Source: an uncultured Acidobacteriota bacterium (GTDB lineage Bacteria; Acidobacteriota; Polarisedimenticolia; JACPZX01; DASXTC01). Taken from it: a DNA stretch of 64,000 nucleotides. The stretch is taken from contig CAWDYA010000008.1 in the NCBI GenBank assembly GCA_963806495.1, positions 321,114 to 385,113 of the forward strand, given 5' to 3'. The notes beneath the pieces were generated by a model that was not told where the DNA came from, searched no databases, and saw only the letters and a program-made list of their open reading frames with translations. The position numbers and the translations under genes were made by a program. Below, in pieces: positions 52,311-62,048 of the stretch (within the stretch, counting starts at the first letter, position 1; every line of letters starts with the position of its first letter).

Positions 52311-53923
52311 TCGCCGGCCGAGAACAGCACCCGGTCGCGTGGCGGGTCCAGCAACACGAACCCCGCCTCCCGTCCCTTCGCGAACCGGGCCCTGTTCTCC
52401 TCCTCGAACGGTGCGAAGTAATGCCACCCGCCGTCTTCGTATCTGCGGCGATTGACAAGAAAGACGTCCGCTCCGTAGCGGTCGTGCAACCGCTCGACGT
52501 CCTCCCATCGCGTCGCAAAGCAGGCGGCCAGTTCCGCCTCGATCCGCTCGGAGACACGGCGGTAGTACTCGCGATAGTAAGGCAGCGACGTCTCCATCGA
52601 TGCCAGGAAGCTGCGCCTCGCCCGCAGACCGACCCCGTCGGCGTCGAGCGGATGCGCGGCGACGAGCGTGTCCTTCGGCATCGACCGGAGAAACCGGTAC
52701 GCCTCCTCCAGTCCGGCGGGCTCCGGCCGGGACAGATCCGAGGCGATCGACCGGCCGGCCGTCAGGGCGCTTCCCGCCACCACCGCCAGCGCCGCGACCC
52801 CGACGAGGAGCGGCCGGCGCGCCGGCCGCAGCACCACGCTTCGCCCCCATCGTGCCATGATCGCGTCGAGAAGGCGCGGCACGATCGCCGAGAGCCACAT
52901 GAGAAAGAAGACCGGCAGGGCGTACTTCGCGTAACGGTTGGGGTAGTGCAGCGCGAAAAGCGTCAGATGCGCGGTCACGAAGCATCCCAGCGAGGTCAGC
53001 AGCAGGACCCACGCCTCCATCGGCACGGCCTGGCGCCACAGCCATCCCGCGACGAGGATCGCCGCGACCCAGAGGGCGGCCTGCAGGGGTCGGATCTCCA
53101 GCCCCGTGCGGGTGCTCTTGAAGTAGTACCGGATCGGATCCGGCTCGAAGAACCGTGCCCGTCCGCCAGGCCAGTACTGAGGCATCGCCCGGGCCTCGGC
53201 CGCCGTGACGCGCGGGCCGATCTCGGGCGGCGGCGCGGGGGCGTAGGCGTAAAGGAGAACCCCGACGGCCGCCAGACCCAGCAGCCCCATGACCGCCCAG
53301 TGCCGCGGCAGGGCGCGCTCCCGCGCGACCCGCGTGATCAGGACGACAGCGCCGAACACCCCGAGGTTCGCCGCGCAGGGGGGATAGAAGAGTGCGGCCA
53401 CCAGCGACGACAGGCCGAACAGCAGATGCCGCCGCTCCATGAGCGCCCACACGCCGAGCATCAGGATCGGCAGAGCGAACGATCGCGGCAGCCCCCCTTC
53501 CAGGTCGCCCAGCCGTCCCGACAGGATGATGTACGCCGCGCCCACGACGCCGCCGAGCGTCCGGCCCGCGCACCGCACGCCCAGGATCCAGGCGAGGGCG
53601 ACAACGGCGACGGCGAGCAGGAACGGGATCGTCTCGGCCAGGCGCTGCGCATCCACGTACGGCACCAGCAGCCGGTACAGCTCCTGCCAGCCGTACAGCG
53701 CGAACAGAGGCCGGGACATGAAAGCGGCGATCGGGTCGTGCGGGAAGAGCTCGGGATCGGCGAACCGGTAGGTCCACCACACATGCTGGCACAGATCGCC
53801 CTGGTAGAGGTCGGGGCGCAGCAACTGGGGAAGAAACGCGCGTGCCGCCGCTATCGCCCCCAGCGTGCCGATCCACAGCCCCGCCAGCAGGGTCGTCTTC
53901 GTGCTCATCTCGCGCCTGCTCAT
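52262..53923 (-). CDS. polytopic integral membrane protein (about 12 transmembrane helices) with a C-terminal soluble domain, of unknown function in the glycan locus
   Basis: The protein is hydrophobic throughout (LLAVAVVALAWILGV, LPILMLGVWALM, ...) with an acidic soluble C-terminal tail. Its 3' end overlaps the convergent GT4 gene by about 49 bp. Confidence 0.55.
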   Translation of the reverse strand: MSRREMSTKTTLLAGLWIGTLGAIAAARAFLPQLLRPDLYQGDLCQHVWWTYRFADPELFPHDPIAAFMSRPLFALYGWQELYRLLVPYVDAQRLAETIPFLLAVAVVALAWILGVRCAGRTLGGVVGAAYIILSGRLGDLEGGLPRSFALPILMLGVWALMERRHLLFGLSSLVAALFYPPCAANLGVFGAVVLITRVARERALPRHWAVMGLLGLAAVGVLLYAYAPAPPPEIGPRVTAAEARAMPQYWPGGRARFFEPDPIRYYFKSTRTGLEIRPLQAALWVAAILVAGWLWRQAVPMEAWVLLLTSLGCFVTAHLTLFALHYPNRYAKYALPVFFLMWLSAIVPRLLDAIMARWGRSVVLRPARRPLLVGVAALAVVAGSALTAGRSIASDLSRPEPAGLEEAYRFLRSMPKDTLVAAHPLDADGVGLRARRSFLASMETSLPYYREYYRRVSERIEAELAACFATRWEDVERLHDRYGADVFLVNRRRYEDGGWHYFAPFEEENRARFAKGREAGFVLLDPPRDRVLFSAGDYVVVRLGPLPASTDR

Positions 53924-55626
53924 CCCCTGCCGGCTCCGGCCGCCGCCGCACAGATCCGCTGCTCTCCAACCCGCCGGCAGTCGATCGTGCGCAGCGCCGG
54001 GATCGCCTGCTCCAGCCGGTCGAGATCCTCCGGCGTCGCCAGCACGACGGCCTGCGGGCTCTCGCGCAGCAGATCGGCGATCCGGTCCAGCCCGCTGATC
54101 TCCGGTATCGTCTCACGCTGCAGGAACAGGTTGAAGATGCCCGCCCAGTTCTCACGATACATCACGATCGTCCCACCGGGCCCGGCGGCGCGGCGCACCG
54201 TCTCGGCCAGGGGTCCTGCCGACTTGATCGCATCGAACGACGGCGTGGCCACCCACTGCGCCCACCCCAGGACGATCAGTGCCACGGCGGCGCTGCAGGC
54301 GAACGATCGCGCCGGGCGCGCGAGAGCCGCCGCCATCCCCGCGATCCCCAGCACGGCCGCCGCCAGTCCCGGCACCAGGAGCAGGAGAGCCCCCGGCATG
54401 TGGAGGAGCCACGCGAGCGATTCGTGCTGGTCGGGCGCCAGGCCGGAGTACCGCGCGAGCAGCGACGGCCCGTAGGTGAACGGCAGAGCGGCGATCCCCA
54501 CCCCGATCACCGCGAGCAGCAGCGACGCCGCCCCGAGGGGCAGAACCGAACGGAGACGCCCGGCCCCGGCGCGGGTCTCATCGAACAGACGCCTCAGCTC
54601 GAGTGCCACCAGCATCCCGGCCGCCGGGAAGAGCGGCAGTAGATACCGGGTCTTCTTCCCCGACATGAGGCTGAAGAAGACAAACGTGAAAACGAACCAG
54701 ACGAGCGCCAGACGGGAGAGCCGGTTTCGTTTCGCCTCCCGGGCCGCGCCGTACAACGCCGTCGGCAGCAGGACGATCCATGGAAGGAACGACGCGGGGA
54801 AAACGCTGAGGAAGTAGTAGACCGGTTCCCTATGGTGCCACGACTCGTACGCCCTGCCGAGGTTCTGCTTGAACAGGATCACACCGGCGTAGTCGGTCCC
54901 ACCCCGTGCGATCGCCGGCACCAGCCACAACGAGACCACGCCGGCCGCCACGAGGCTGCCCCACGCCGCGTGCCATCCCACCGAGCGTCGCGGCCCATCC
55001 TCGAGAAGGCCGTTCAGGAACAGCACGCCGGCGGGGATCAGCAGACCGATGGGGCCCTTGGTGAGGATTGCCAGCCCCGCGATGACATAGAAGAAGCACC
55101 ACATCACGGGCGAGCCGCTCTCGCGCGCCTTCAGACCGGCGCTGATGCAGGCCACGACAAGGAAGGCCAGGGTCCCATCGATCACGCCCGAGGTCGCGTG
55201 CGCCGCGAACATGGCGGAGGTGGCCAGCACGAGCGCCGCGAGCCAGCCGGTGCGCGCGTCGTCGAGATGCCTGCCCAGGCGGAAGGTGAGGATCAGGGTG
55301 CCGAGCGCGGCCAGCGCCGACACGACTCGAGTGCCCGCGTCGGGAGGAACCCCGGGCAGCTCGCCCGCCAGGATCCCGAGCCAGAAGAACAGGGGCGGCT
55401 TCTCGCCGTACACCTCGCCGTTGAGATGAGGGAGGATGTAATCCCCCCGCGCGACCATCTCGCGCGCCACCTCGGCGTAGCGCGGCTCGTCCGGGCTCCA
55501 GACATCGCGGTTCCAGACCGAGGGGAGATAGAGGCAGACCGCGAGCAGCGCCAGCGCGAGAAAGGGGCGATGAGGCGCGATCAGACGCGTCAGCCCGTAC
55601 CGGCCGCCGCGAGCCGCCTCACTCAT
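53920..55626 (-). CDS. ArnT/PMT-family GT-C glycosyltransferase (GT83/GT39-like, uses a polyprenyl-phosphate-sugar donor)
   Basis: The N-terminal signature WSPDEPRYAEVAREMVARGDYILPHLNGEVYGEKPPLFFW is followed by about 12 transmembrane helices. Confidence 0.85.
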   Translation of the reverse strand: MSEAARGGRYGLTRLIAPHRPFLALALLAVCLYLPSVWNRDVWSPDEPRYAEVAREMVARGDYILPHLNGEVYGEKPPLFFWLGILAGELPGVPPDAGTRVVSALAALGTLILTFRLGRHLDDARTGWLAALVLATSAMFAAHATSGVIDGTLAFLVVACISAGLKARESGSPVMWCFFYVIAGLAILTKGPIGLLIPAGVLFLNGLLEDGPRRSVGWHAAWGSLVAAGVVSLWLVPAIARGGTDYAGVILFKQNLGRAYESWHHREPVYYFLSVFPASFLPWIVLLPTALYGAAREAKRNRLSRLALVWFVFTFVFFSLMSGKKTRYLLPLFPAAGMLVALELRRLFDETRAGAGRLRSVLPLGAASLLLAVIGVGIAALPFTYGPSLLARYSGLAPDQHESLAWLLHMPGALLLLVPGLAAAVLGIAGMAAALARPARSFACSAAVALIVLGWAQWVATPSFDAIKSAGPLAETVRRAAGPGGTIVMYRENWAGIFNLFLQRETIPEISGLDRIADLLRESPQAVVLATPEDLDRLEQAIPALRTIDCRRVGEQRICAAAAGAGRG

Positions 55627-56395
55627 CCCGGCGGGCCCGCGGACGGTGGGTACGCTCCCACAGCCTCGCGTACTTGACGAACACGACCCATGTGTCGATG
55701 CCCGTGATCATCAGCCCCGCCACGCCGTCGAGGAAACCCATCTGCAGGACGTACCGCTTGAGGAAACGGGCCAGCGGACGAAACGCCAGATCCAGCACCG
55801 TGGCGCGGCGCCCCTTCCTGACCAGGTCCTCGGCCCCCCATGCGGTGTAGCGATCGATCTTGCGAAGATAGCTGTCCCACGATCTGAAGGTGATGTGCAG
55901 CAGCGGATGGCGCAGCTCCGATACCGGGCCCGACACCTCGACGTCGGCGTGGACTTCCTTCTCCTGGTAGCGCCCCTTCGTCTTGTCCCAGAGGCGCAGC
56001 ACCCTGTCGCGCGCCCAGCCTCCGTGGTTGATCCGCTGTCCGAGGAAATGGTTGACCCGCCGGATGACGTAGCCGCTCCAATCGGGTCCCCGGGCCAGAA
56101 GATCCCGTATCTCGTCACGCAGCCCGGGCGTCACCCGCTCGTCGGCGTCCACCACCATCACCCAGCGATGGGCCGTCTGCGGAATGGCCCAGTTCTTCTG
56201 CGAGGCCGAGTTGCCGTACTCGCGCTGGATGATCCGGTCGGTATAACGGCGCGCGATCTCGAGAGTGCGGTCGGTCGAGAAGGAGTCGACCACCAGCACC
56301 TCGTCGGCCCACCGGACCGATTCGAGGCACTCCTCGATGTTCACCTCCTCGTTGAAGGTGGGAACGATCACGCTCAGCGGTTCCGGCGATGCCAT
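55619..56395 (-). CDS. GT2-family polyprenyl-phosphate sugar synthase-like glycosyltransferase (ArnC/DPM1-like)
   Basis: The N-terminus LSVIVPTFNEEVNIEECLESV is followed by a DxD region (VMVVDADERV). The gene overlaps the ArnT-like start by 8 bp. Confidence 0.85.
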   Translation of the reverse strand: MASPEPLSVIVPTFNEEVNIEECLESVRWADEVLVVDSFSTDRTLEIARRYTDRIIQREYGNSASQKNWAIPQTAHRWVMVVDADERVTPGLRDEIRDLLARGPDWSGYVIRRVNHFLGQRINHGGWARDRVLRLWDKTKGRYQEKEVHADVEVSGPVSELRHPLLHITFRSWDSYLRKIDRYTAWGAEDLVRKGRRATVLDLAFRPLARFLKRYVLQMGFLDGVAGLMITGIDTWVVFVKYARLWERTHRPRARRDE

Positions 56396-56414
56396 CGCGA
56401 AGACCCCTTTGACG

Positions 56415-57110
56415 CTAGAGCAGCGGGTTGCGTCCCTTGGTGCGCGGCAGGTCCTTCTTGCGGTTGAAGGGCCAGAGCCGGCGGACTCTCTTGAATCGCC
56501 TGTGCATCGCCAGCTCCTCCGGCGACAGCTCGTCGGGAACCAGCAGCACCTTCCATTTCAGCAGGGCGCGCCGCTCGGCGCGTCTCAGACGGGGAAACAC
56601 GACCCGTCTCGCCCAGCTCCCCTCCTCGAACACCTCGGCGGAGGAGAAGTCGATCGGCCAGATCTCCCCGTCATCGGTCACCAGAAAGTTGTCCCGGCTC
56701 CTGAGATCCCCGTGGATGACGCCCCGTTCGTGCACCTGATCGAGCAGCGCCGAGAGCCGCTCGGCGACACGCGGCACCCCTCCCCGGCGATGATGATACT
56801 TCGGCAGCCGCGTCCCGCCAACGTACTGCATGATGATCGCGTTGCGATCCAGGCGGCGGTAGAAGCGCGGGATCCCGGAGACGCCCCCGAGCCGCCGATA
56901 GGCTCTCTCCTCGCGCGACAGCTGCATGGCCCCGATCCACCGGATCGGCGGAATCTTGGACGCGTAGTCCTTGACCGCCACCTCCCCCTCGGCGGCGGAC
57001 ACGAGGAGGATATCGGCCTTGTTCCAGGCTCCCCTCTTGACGAATCCCGTCACGAGAGAGGGAAGACCGGCTCGCGTCAAGTCATGGACGGAAGGGGCGG
57101 CGCCCGGCAT
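56415..57110 (-). CDS. lipopolysaccharide kinase (Kdo/WaaP) family protein (KdkA/InaA-like)
   Basis: The product has the motifs VIHGDLRSRDNFLVTDDGEIWPIDF and a kinase-like fold. Its ATG overlaps the radical SAM gene's stop in an ATGA arrangement. The upstream part of the 561-aa track ORF is antisense read-through. Confidence 0.7.
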   Translation of the reverse strand: MPGAAPSVHDLTRAGLPSLVTGFVKRGAWNKADILLVSAAEGEVAVKDYASKIPPIRWIGAMQLSREERAYRRLGGVSGIPRFYRRLDRNAIIMQYVGGTRLPKYHHRRGGVPRVAERLSALLDQVHERGVIHGDLRSRDNFLVTDDGEIWPIDFSSAEVFEEGSWARRVVFPRLRRAERRALLKWKVLLVPDELSPEELAMHRRFKRVRRLWPFNRKKDLPRTKGRNPLL

Positions 57111-58078
57111 CACGCCTCGATCTCGACCTCCTGATCCACTTTGCAGTCCCGGCACAGGTCGATGGTGTGTATCTGCCCGCCGAGGAAACGGCGGCGGATA
57201 TCGGACGCCCGCTCGCCGTTCCAGACTTCGTGGATGGAGGAGTTGGTGATGTTGCCGAGCACCTGCTTGCGGGAGTAGTCGGTGCAGCACAGCACCATGT
57301 CGCCGTTGAAGTTGATGTATCCCTGCTTGAAGAGCCTCGTGCAGGTCGAGAAGTAGTCCATGTGGCCCGACCAGGAGAACGATTCGGCGTCGGCGATGTT
57401 TCCGCCCCGGTTCTCCAGCGCGGTGTACTTCGATCGGACGCCCCGCTTCTTCCAGTACGCCACCGCCTTCTTCGCGTCGATGACGTCGGTGGAGACCATG
57501 GTGATCCAGACCCGCGGCCACTCGGACCCGCGCCGGCGCTGCTGCTCGAGCAGGTAGTTGATGTTCTCCATCGTGTGCTCGAAGTGCATCGCGCCCCGCA
57601 TCGTCTTCTCGTACGCGTCCTTCTCGATCCCCTGGAAGGAAACATACAGGGCGTGCAGTGCGTCGCCCACGTCGAGCATCTCGTCGACACGCTGTCGGGT
57701 CAGCAGCCCGCCGTTCGTGGTCACCACGACCTTGCTGTCGGGTATCTGCTCGTGGATATAGACGATCTTGCGGAACAGATCCTTGTCGATGAACGGCTCG
57801 TTCATCAGGTAGGGGCTGATCCGGCGCACCCCGTGCTGCTTCGCCTCGGCGATGATCCTCTCGAACAGCTCCGGGGCCATCCGACCCTTGGGCTGGAAGT
57901 CGAATGTCTCCCCGAACGGGCAGAAGATGCAGTCGGCCTGGCATCCGGTGACGGTCTGGATCTGCAGCGTGCGGGGAAAGCGGGGGATCGGCCGGCGGGT
58001 GACACGCTTCCGCATGATGGTGAGCAGGCCGTCGCCCGGCTCGTCGACATAGTATTTGTTGACCTTGACGGATTTCAT
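57110..58078 (-). CDS. radical SAM enzyme with a SPASM-like C-terminal Cys-rich domain
   Basis: The motif CQADCIFC is the CxxxCxxC cluster. A GGE-like region and the C-terminal LCCTDY...CRDCK are present. The product is 322 aa. Confidence 0.85.
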   Translation of the reverse strand: MKSVKVNKYYVDEPGDGLLTIMRKRVTRRPIPRFPRTLQIQTVTGCQADCIFCPFGETFDFQPKGRMAPELFERIIAEAKQHGVRRISPYLMNEPFIDKDLFRKIVYIHEQIPDSKVVVTTNGGLLTRQRVDEMLDVGDALHALYVSFQGIEKDAYEKTMRGAMHFEHTMENINYLLEQQRRRGSEWPRVWITMVSTDVIDAKKAVAYWKKRGVRSKYTALENRGGNIADAESFSWSGHMDYFSTCTRLFKQGYINFNGDMVLCCTDYSRKQVLGNITNSSIHEVWNGERASDIRRRFLGGQIHTIDLCRDCKVDQEVEIEA

Positions 58079-58266
58079 TGTTCTCGGATTTCCCGGCCAC
58101 CCGGGGCGAAAGAGCGGGGACTCGCGATGGTGACCGTCATTATAGAGGGCCCCCGGAGGACCGTCAACACGTTGCCAGTCAACAGGATGCCCGCAAGCTG
58201 CCGCCGCGTCCCCCGTGCCGATCCCGGTGGCCCGCCCTCTCCGACCTGTGATACGTTCAGCCGGCG

Positions 58267-59523
58267 ATGAGATTCCTCTACTACTACCGCATGCCCGTGC
58301 CCGACCCGCGGGCCGACGCCGTGCAGATCGTCAGTACCTGCGCCGGCATCGCGAGCGCCGGGGCCGACGTGACGCTGCACGTCGAGACGCTGGCCTCCAC
58401 GACGGCCGAGTGCCTGGCCTGGTACGGGGCCGAGCCGCCCACCGGCACAGGCGCCGGCTCGCTGAGCATCGAGGCGCTCGGCACCCACTGGTCCTGGCCG
58501 CTTTTCGGCTGGAAGACGAAACGCGCCCTGAACGAAGCCGGGGCAGGCGCGTGCCTGTTCGTGCGCGAGGTGCGCCCCTACGTGCCCGGGCTCATGCGGC
58601 GCGCCCGCGAGGCGGGCCTGAAAATCATCTTCGAGGCGCACAACGTCTCGGCTTCGCTGGTTCGCGAGAAGGAAGCGAAGGCGTCGCGCGGCACCTCCCT
58701 GCCGCTCGTCGGAGACACGCCGGCCGCCGCACCGCCGCCACCCGTCGAGAGTGTCGAACCGGCCGCGCCCGCCGCCCGGCGTCTTCGTGCCAAGGCCGAT
58801 CAACGGGCGGCGCTGGAACGGACGATCGTCGGCGGCGCCGACGGTCTGATCTGCACGCAGAAGGCGACATTCGATGCGCTTCACCCGCTGCTGAGAAAGG
58901 GCGCGCCCGCCACGGTGCTCGGAAACGGCGCCCGGATGCCGCCGGCCCGCCCGGACGTCGACAAGGACATCGACATCCTGTACTGCGGGTCGCTCAAGCA
59001 GTGGAAAGGAGTGGATCTGCTCGTGGCGGCGATGCAGACGCTGTACCCCTACCGCCTCACTATCGTCGGCCCGGGACCGAAGGAGGATGTGGCGCGTCTG
59101 CAGAAGGCCGCGCTCGCGGTCGGTTCGCTCGAGCGCGTGCGGATCCTGCCGCCGGTACGCCCTTCGGAGGTCTGGGACCTGTACGCCCGCGCCCGTGTCG
59201 GTGTGATCCCGCTGCCGGGGCAGGACTACATCGAGGCGCGGGATTTCACCTCGCCACTCAAGCTGTTCGAGATGATGGCCGCGGGGCTGCCGATCGTCGC
59301 CAGCCGGCTGCGCTCGATCGGCGAGTACGTCACCGATGGCCGGGAGGCGTTGCTCGTGCCGGCGGACGACCCGCGAGCGCTGGCGGAAGCCCTGCGCCGG
59401 CTCCTCGAGGACGAGACCCTGAGGGGCGACCTCGCCTCGGCGGCACGCGCGCGCGCCGCCGAGTTCACCTGGGCGAAGCGGGGCCAGAAGATCGTCAGCT
59501 TCGCCGCCGAGCTGATGCGCTGA
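58267..59523 (+). CDS. GT4-family glycosyltransferase
   Basis: The C-terminal GT-B motifs (ILYCGSLKQWKGVDLL; ARVGVIPL...SPLKLFEMMAAGLPIVAS) are present. The gene is divergent from the radical SAM operon. Confidence 0.8.
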   Translation: MRFLYYYRMPVPDPRADAVQIVSTCAGIASAGADVTLHVETLASTTAECLAWYGAEPPTGTGAGSLSIEALGTHWSWPLFGWKTKRALNEAGAGACLFVREVRPYVPGLMRRAREAGLKIIFEAHNVSASLVREKEAKASRGTSLPLVGDTPAAAPPPPVESVEPAAPAARRLRAKADQRAALERTIVGGADGLICTQKATFDALHPLLRKGAPATVLGNGARMPPARPDVDKDIDILYCGSLKQWKGVDLLVAAMQTLYPYRLTIVGPGPKEDVARLQKAALAVGSLERVRILPPVRPSEVWDLYARARVGVIPLPGQDYIEARDFTSPLKLFEMMAAGLPIVASRLRSIGEYVTDGREALLVPADDPRALAEALRRLLEDETLRGDLASAARARAAEFTWAKRGQKIVSFAAELMR

Positions 59524-59535
59524 CGCGGGCGGCCG

Positions 59536-60030
59536 CTACTTCACCCGCGTCCACTCGATCGTCATCACACTCTTCTCTCCCGCCTTCGTGGAGGTCCACT
59601 CCTGGCGAAAGTGATCCTTGTCGATGAACGTCAGGGTGAGGTCGCTCATGTACACGGCCTTGGGGTCGGCAAGGTTCGTGACGTCCTGGAACGCGAACTT
59701 CAGGCTCCGGTCGTCCGCCCCCGGGTCGGCGGCCCGCATCCGGGGCTGGTTGTTGCCGGCACAGTAGTGGGTCAGCATCACCGCGTTGCCATCCGGATGG
59801 TAGACCGTGACCATCCCCTCCACGGACAGCTCCTCCATCAGGGCCGTGCCGTTCGAAACGAGCCTGTAGGTGACCGTGGCGGACGTTCCGTCGGGACCCT
59901 TGCCCTCCCATGTGCCGACCAGCGGCTTGAGCTGCTCGAAGCCGGGGGAGGTGCTCCCTTGCGCGGCCGTCATGGTGACGGATGCCGCGCCGAGAACCAG
60001 TGCGAGCGCCAGCAGGATCGATCTTTTCAT
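59536..60030 (-). CDS. hypothetical secreted protein (164 aa)
   Basis: A GGAGG RBS precedes the signal peptide MKRSILLALALVLGAASVTMTAAQG. Confidence 0.55.
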   Translation of the reverse strand: MKRSILLALALVLGAASVTMTAAQGSTSPGFEQLKPLVGTWEGKGPDGTSATVTYRLVSNGTALMEELSVEGMVTVYHPDGNAVMLTHYCAGNNQPRMRAADPGADDRSLKFAFQDVTNLADPKAVYMSDLTLTFIDKDHFRQEWTSTKAGEKSVMTIEWTRVK

Positions 60031-60102
60031 TCGGTGCCTCCAGCAGGAAACGATGCGGCGACAGAGCCGGTATCGGGATCCCATTACACGAAATGCAGCG
60101 TT

Positions 60103-61885
60103 TCATTCGAAAACGCTGCGCCACCAGTGCTGAAATACCACTATCTGCCACATTTTCCCCGGCAGCGTCGGGTCGGGAGCTCCCCCGTAAAACGCCTCCT
60201 GCAGCCGCCGCAGCGCCTCGGCCGAGAAGATCCCCTGGCGGGCGATCAGGGCGGGATCGAGAGCGGCGCGCGTCATCCCGGAAAGCGAGCCCTTCAGCCA
60301 CCGGCCGATCGGCGTCTGCAGGCCTCGTTTGCGACGATGCACCAGGTCGCGTGGCAGGACCCGCTCGGCCGCCTTCTTGAGGAGGTATTTCGAGGTCGAG
60401 CCGCGCAGCAGCAGACCGACGTCGAGGCGGGCGGCCCACTCGGCGAAAACCCGGTCCACGAACGGCGACCGCGACTCGATCCCGTGCGCCGAGGCCATCT
60501 TGTCGGCCTTCATGAGGAGGTCCTCAGGCAGGCCATGCATTGCGTCGAGCCGCAGGGCCGCGTCGACCGACGCACCGCGCCGCCACTCCACGCCGGCGTC
60601 CGCATAGGTCGCCCCGGCGGCCGTGAGATCCACGGTGCGCGCGAACGCCTCGCTGTAGACGTCGCGACGCTCCTCGCGGGTCCACTTGAGCCGGATCGAT
60701 AGATAGCGCTCCACCGGCGGGCGATCCAGCAGCGTCATGCGGCTGCGATACCTCTGGAACCGAGCGGGGCCGGTCAGGGCGCCCGCGGCGGGCAGCAGGT
60801 GACGCGCGAACCGGGGGAGCTTCTCCAGCCGGTCGAGCGTGGCGAGCCTCCGGAACCAGTGATCACCCGCGAGCAGCGCGTCGGAGCCGTCGCCCGTCAG
60901 GACCACGGGCGCCACGCCGGCCGCCTCGCGCGCGAGGGCCCACGTCGGCAGGCAGGCGGCATCCGCCATCGGCTCGTCGAGCTGAACGATGACGCGGCCG
61001 GCCATGTCGGGATCGACATCGTGCAGCCGGACCGAATGGTGCCGCGCGCCGAACAGCTCCGCCACCCGGCGGGCGTGCGCCGACTCGTCGAGCCGGGCCT
61101 CGGAGAACCCGGCGGAGAAGGTATGGAGGATCTCCCCGGTCGCCTTCAGTCTTCGTGACAGGAGCGCGGCCACCACGCTCGAGTCGAGCCCGCCGCTGAG
61201 CAGACAGGCGACCGGGCCGCCTCGCGGCATCCGCCTGCCGAGCGCCGCGTCGAGCTCGCGCAGCATGTCATCGGGGCCGGCCTCGTCACCCGCACGATCC
61301 GGCAGCCGCCAGTAGCGCACCGGCTGTGGCGGTGACGAGGACTGCGCGTCGAGCGGCAGCTCGACGTAGTGACCGGCCGGCACCTTGTGCACGTGGCTGA
61401 AGATCGTCCAGGGCGCCGGGATGTAGGTGAAGGCGAGATAAGCATCGAGCGCCTCGGGGCGCAGCGACCAATCGGCGATCGTCCCGGCGGCTGTCAGCGC
61501 CTTGATCTCGGAGGCGAAGGCGATGCCTGCGGCGGACACCGTGTAGTAGAGCGGCCGCTCGCCGAGCCGGTCGCGCGCGAGCAGCAGCCGGCCGCGGGCC
61601 GGGTCGAGGAGAGCCACGGCGAACGGACCATCGAGCAGCGAGCAGAATGCGGTCGAGTCCCCGGCGCTCGACGACCAGGCCGCGCGGAGCATCCCGGGAT
61701 CGCGGAAATCGCCGTCGGCCACGAGCCCGACGCCCTCGTCCCCCGCGGTCCGGTCGAGCCATTTCACGTCACCCCGGTGAGCGATCGCGCCCGTCATGAT
61801 CGCCCTTGTCGAGCCGCTGTCGCCGGCCTCCGGTCGAGCGCGATCGCCGCCCGCCGGAAACCCAGCCGCAGATGCCTGCCATCAT
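60103..61885 (-). CDS. asparagine synthetase (glutamine-hydrolysing) family amidotransferase (AsnB-like). A frameshift lies near the 5' end, around 61800-61885.
   Basis: The PP-loop SGGLDSSVVAALL and the AsnB C-terminal domain are present. The track ORF starts at 61797 without the N-terminal glutaminase Cys. An upstream alternative frame encodes MMAGICGWVSGG..., which resembles an AsnB N-terminus. Confidence 0.75.
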
Positions 61886-62048
61886 CCCCCGGGCCCCCTG
61901 ACGGGGGCAGCCGACCGAGCCCGCCGCCGCGGCGGCCCCCCCAAACTACCCGTGTCGAGCAGCGCCGTCCACTGGCCCCGGGCGGCCTCTGGTAATATGT
62001 TTGCCGCGGCGCCGACGACCGGCCGGCTCTGGCGCCGACGAGGTCAGG

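Noticed and set aside
51188-54475. 1095-aa plus-strand ORF and the 51930..54155 minus-strand ORF
   Set aside because: Only the first 300 codons, the GT4 gene, are coding. The rest is antisense to the membrane-protein and ArnT-like genes and is RG-rich junk.
56415-58100. 561-aa ORF spanning the kinase and radical SAM region
   Set aside because: Only its last 231 codons, the Kdo-kinase-like gene, make sense. The radical SAM gene is read in a different frame with its own ATG at 58078.
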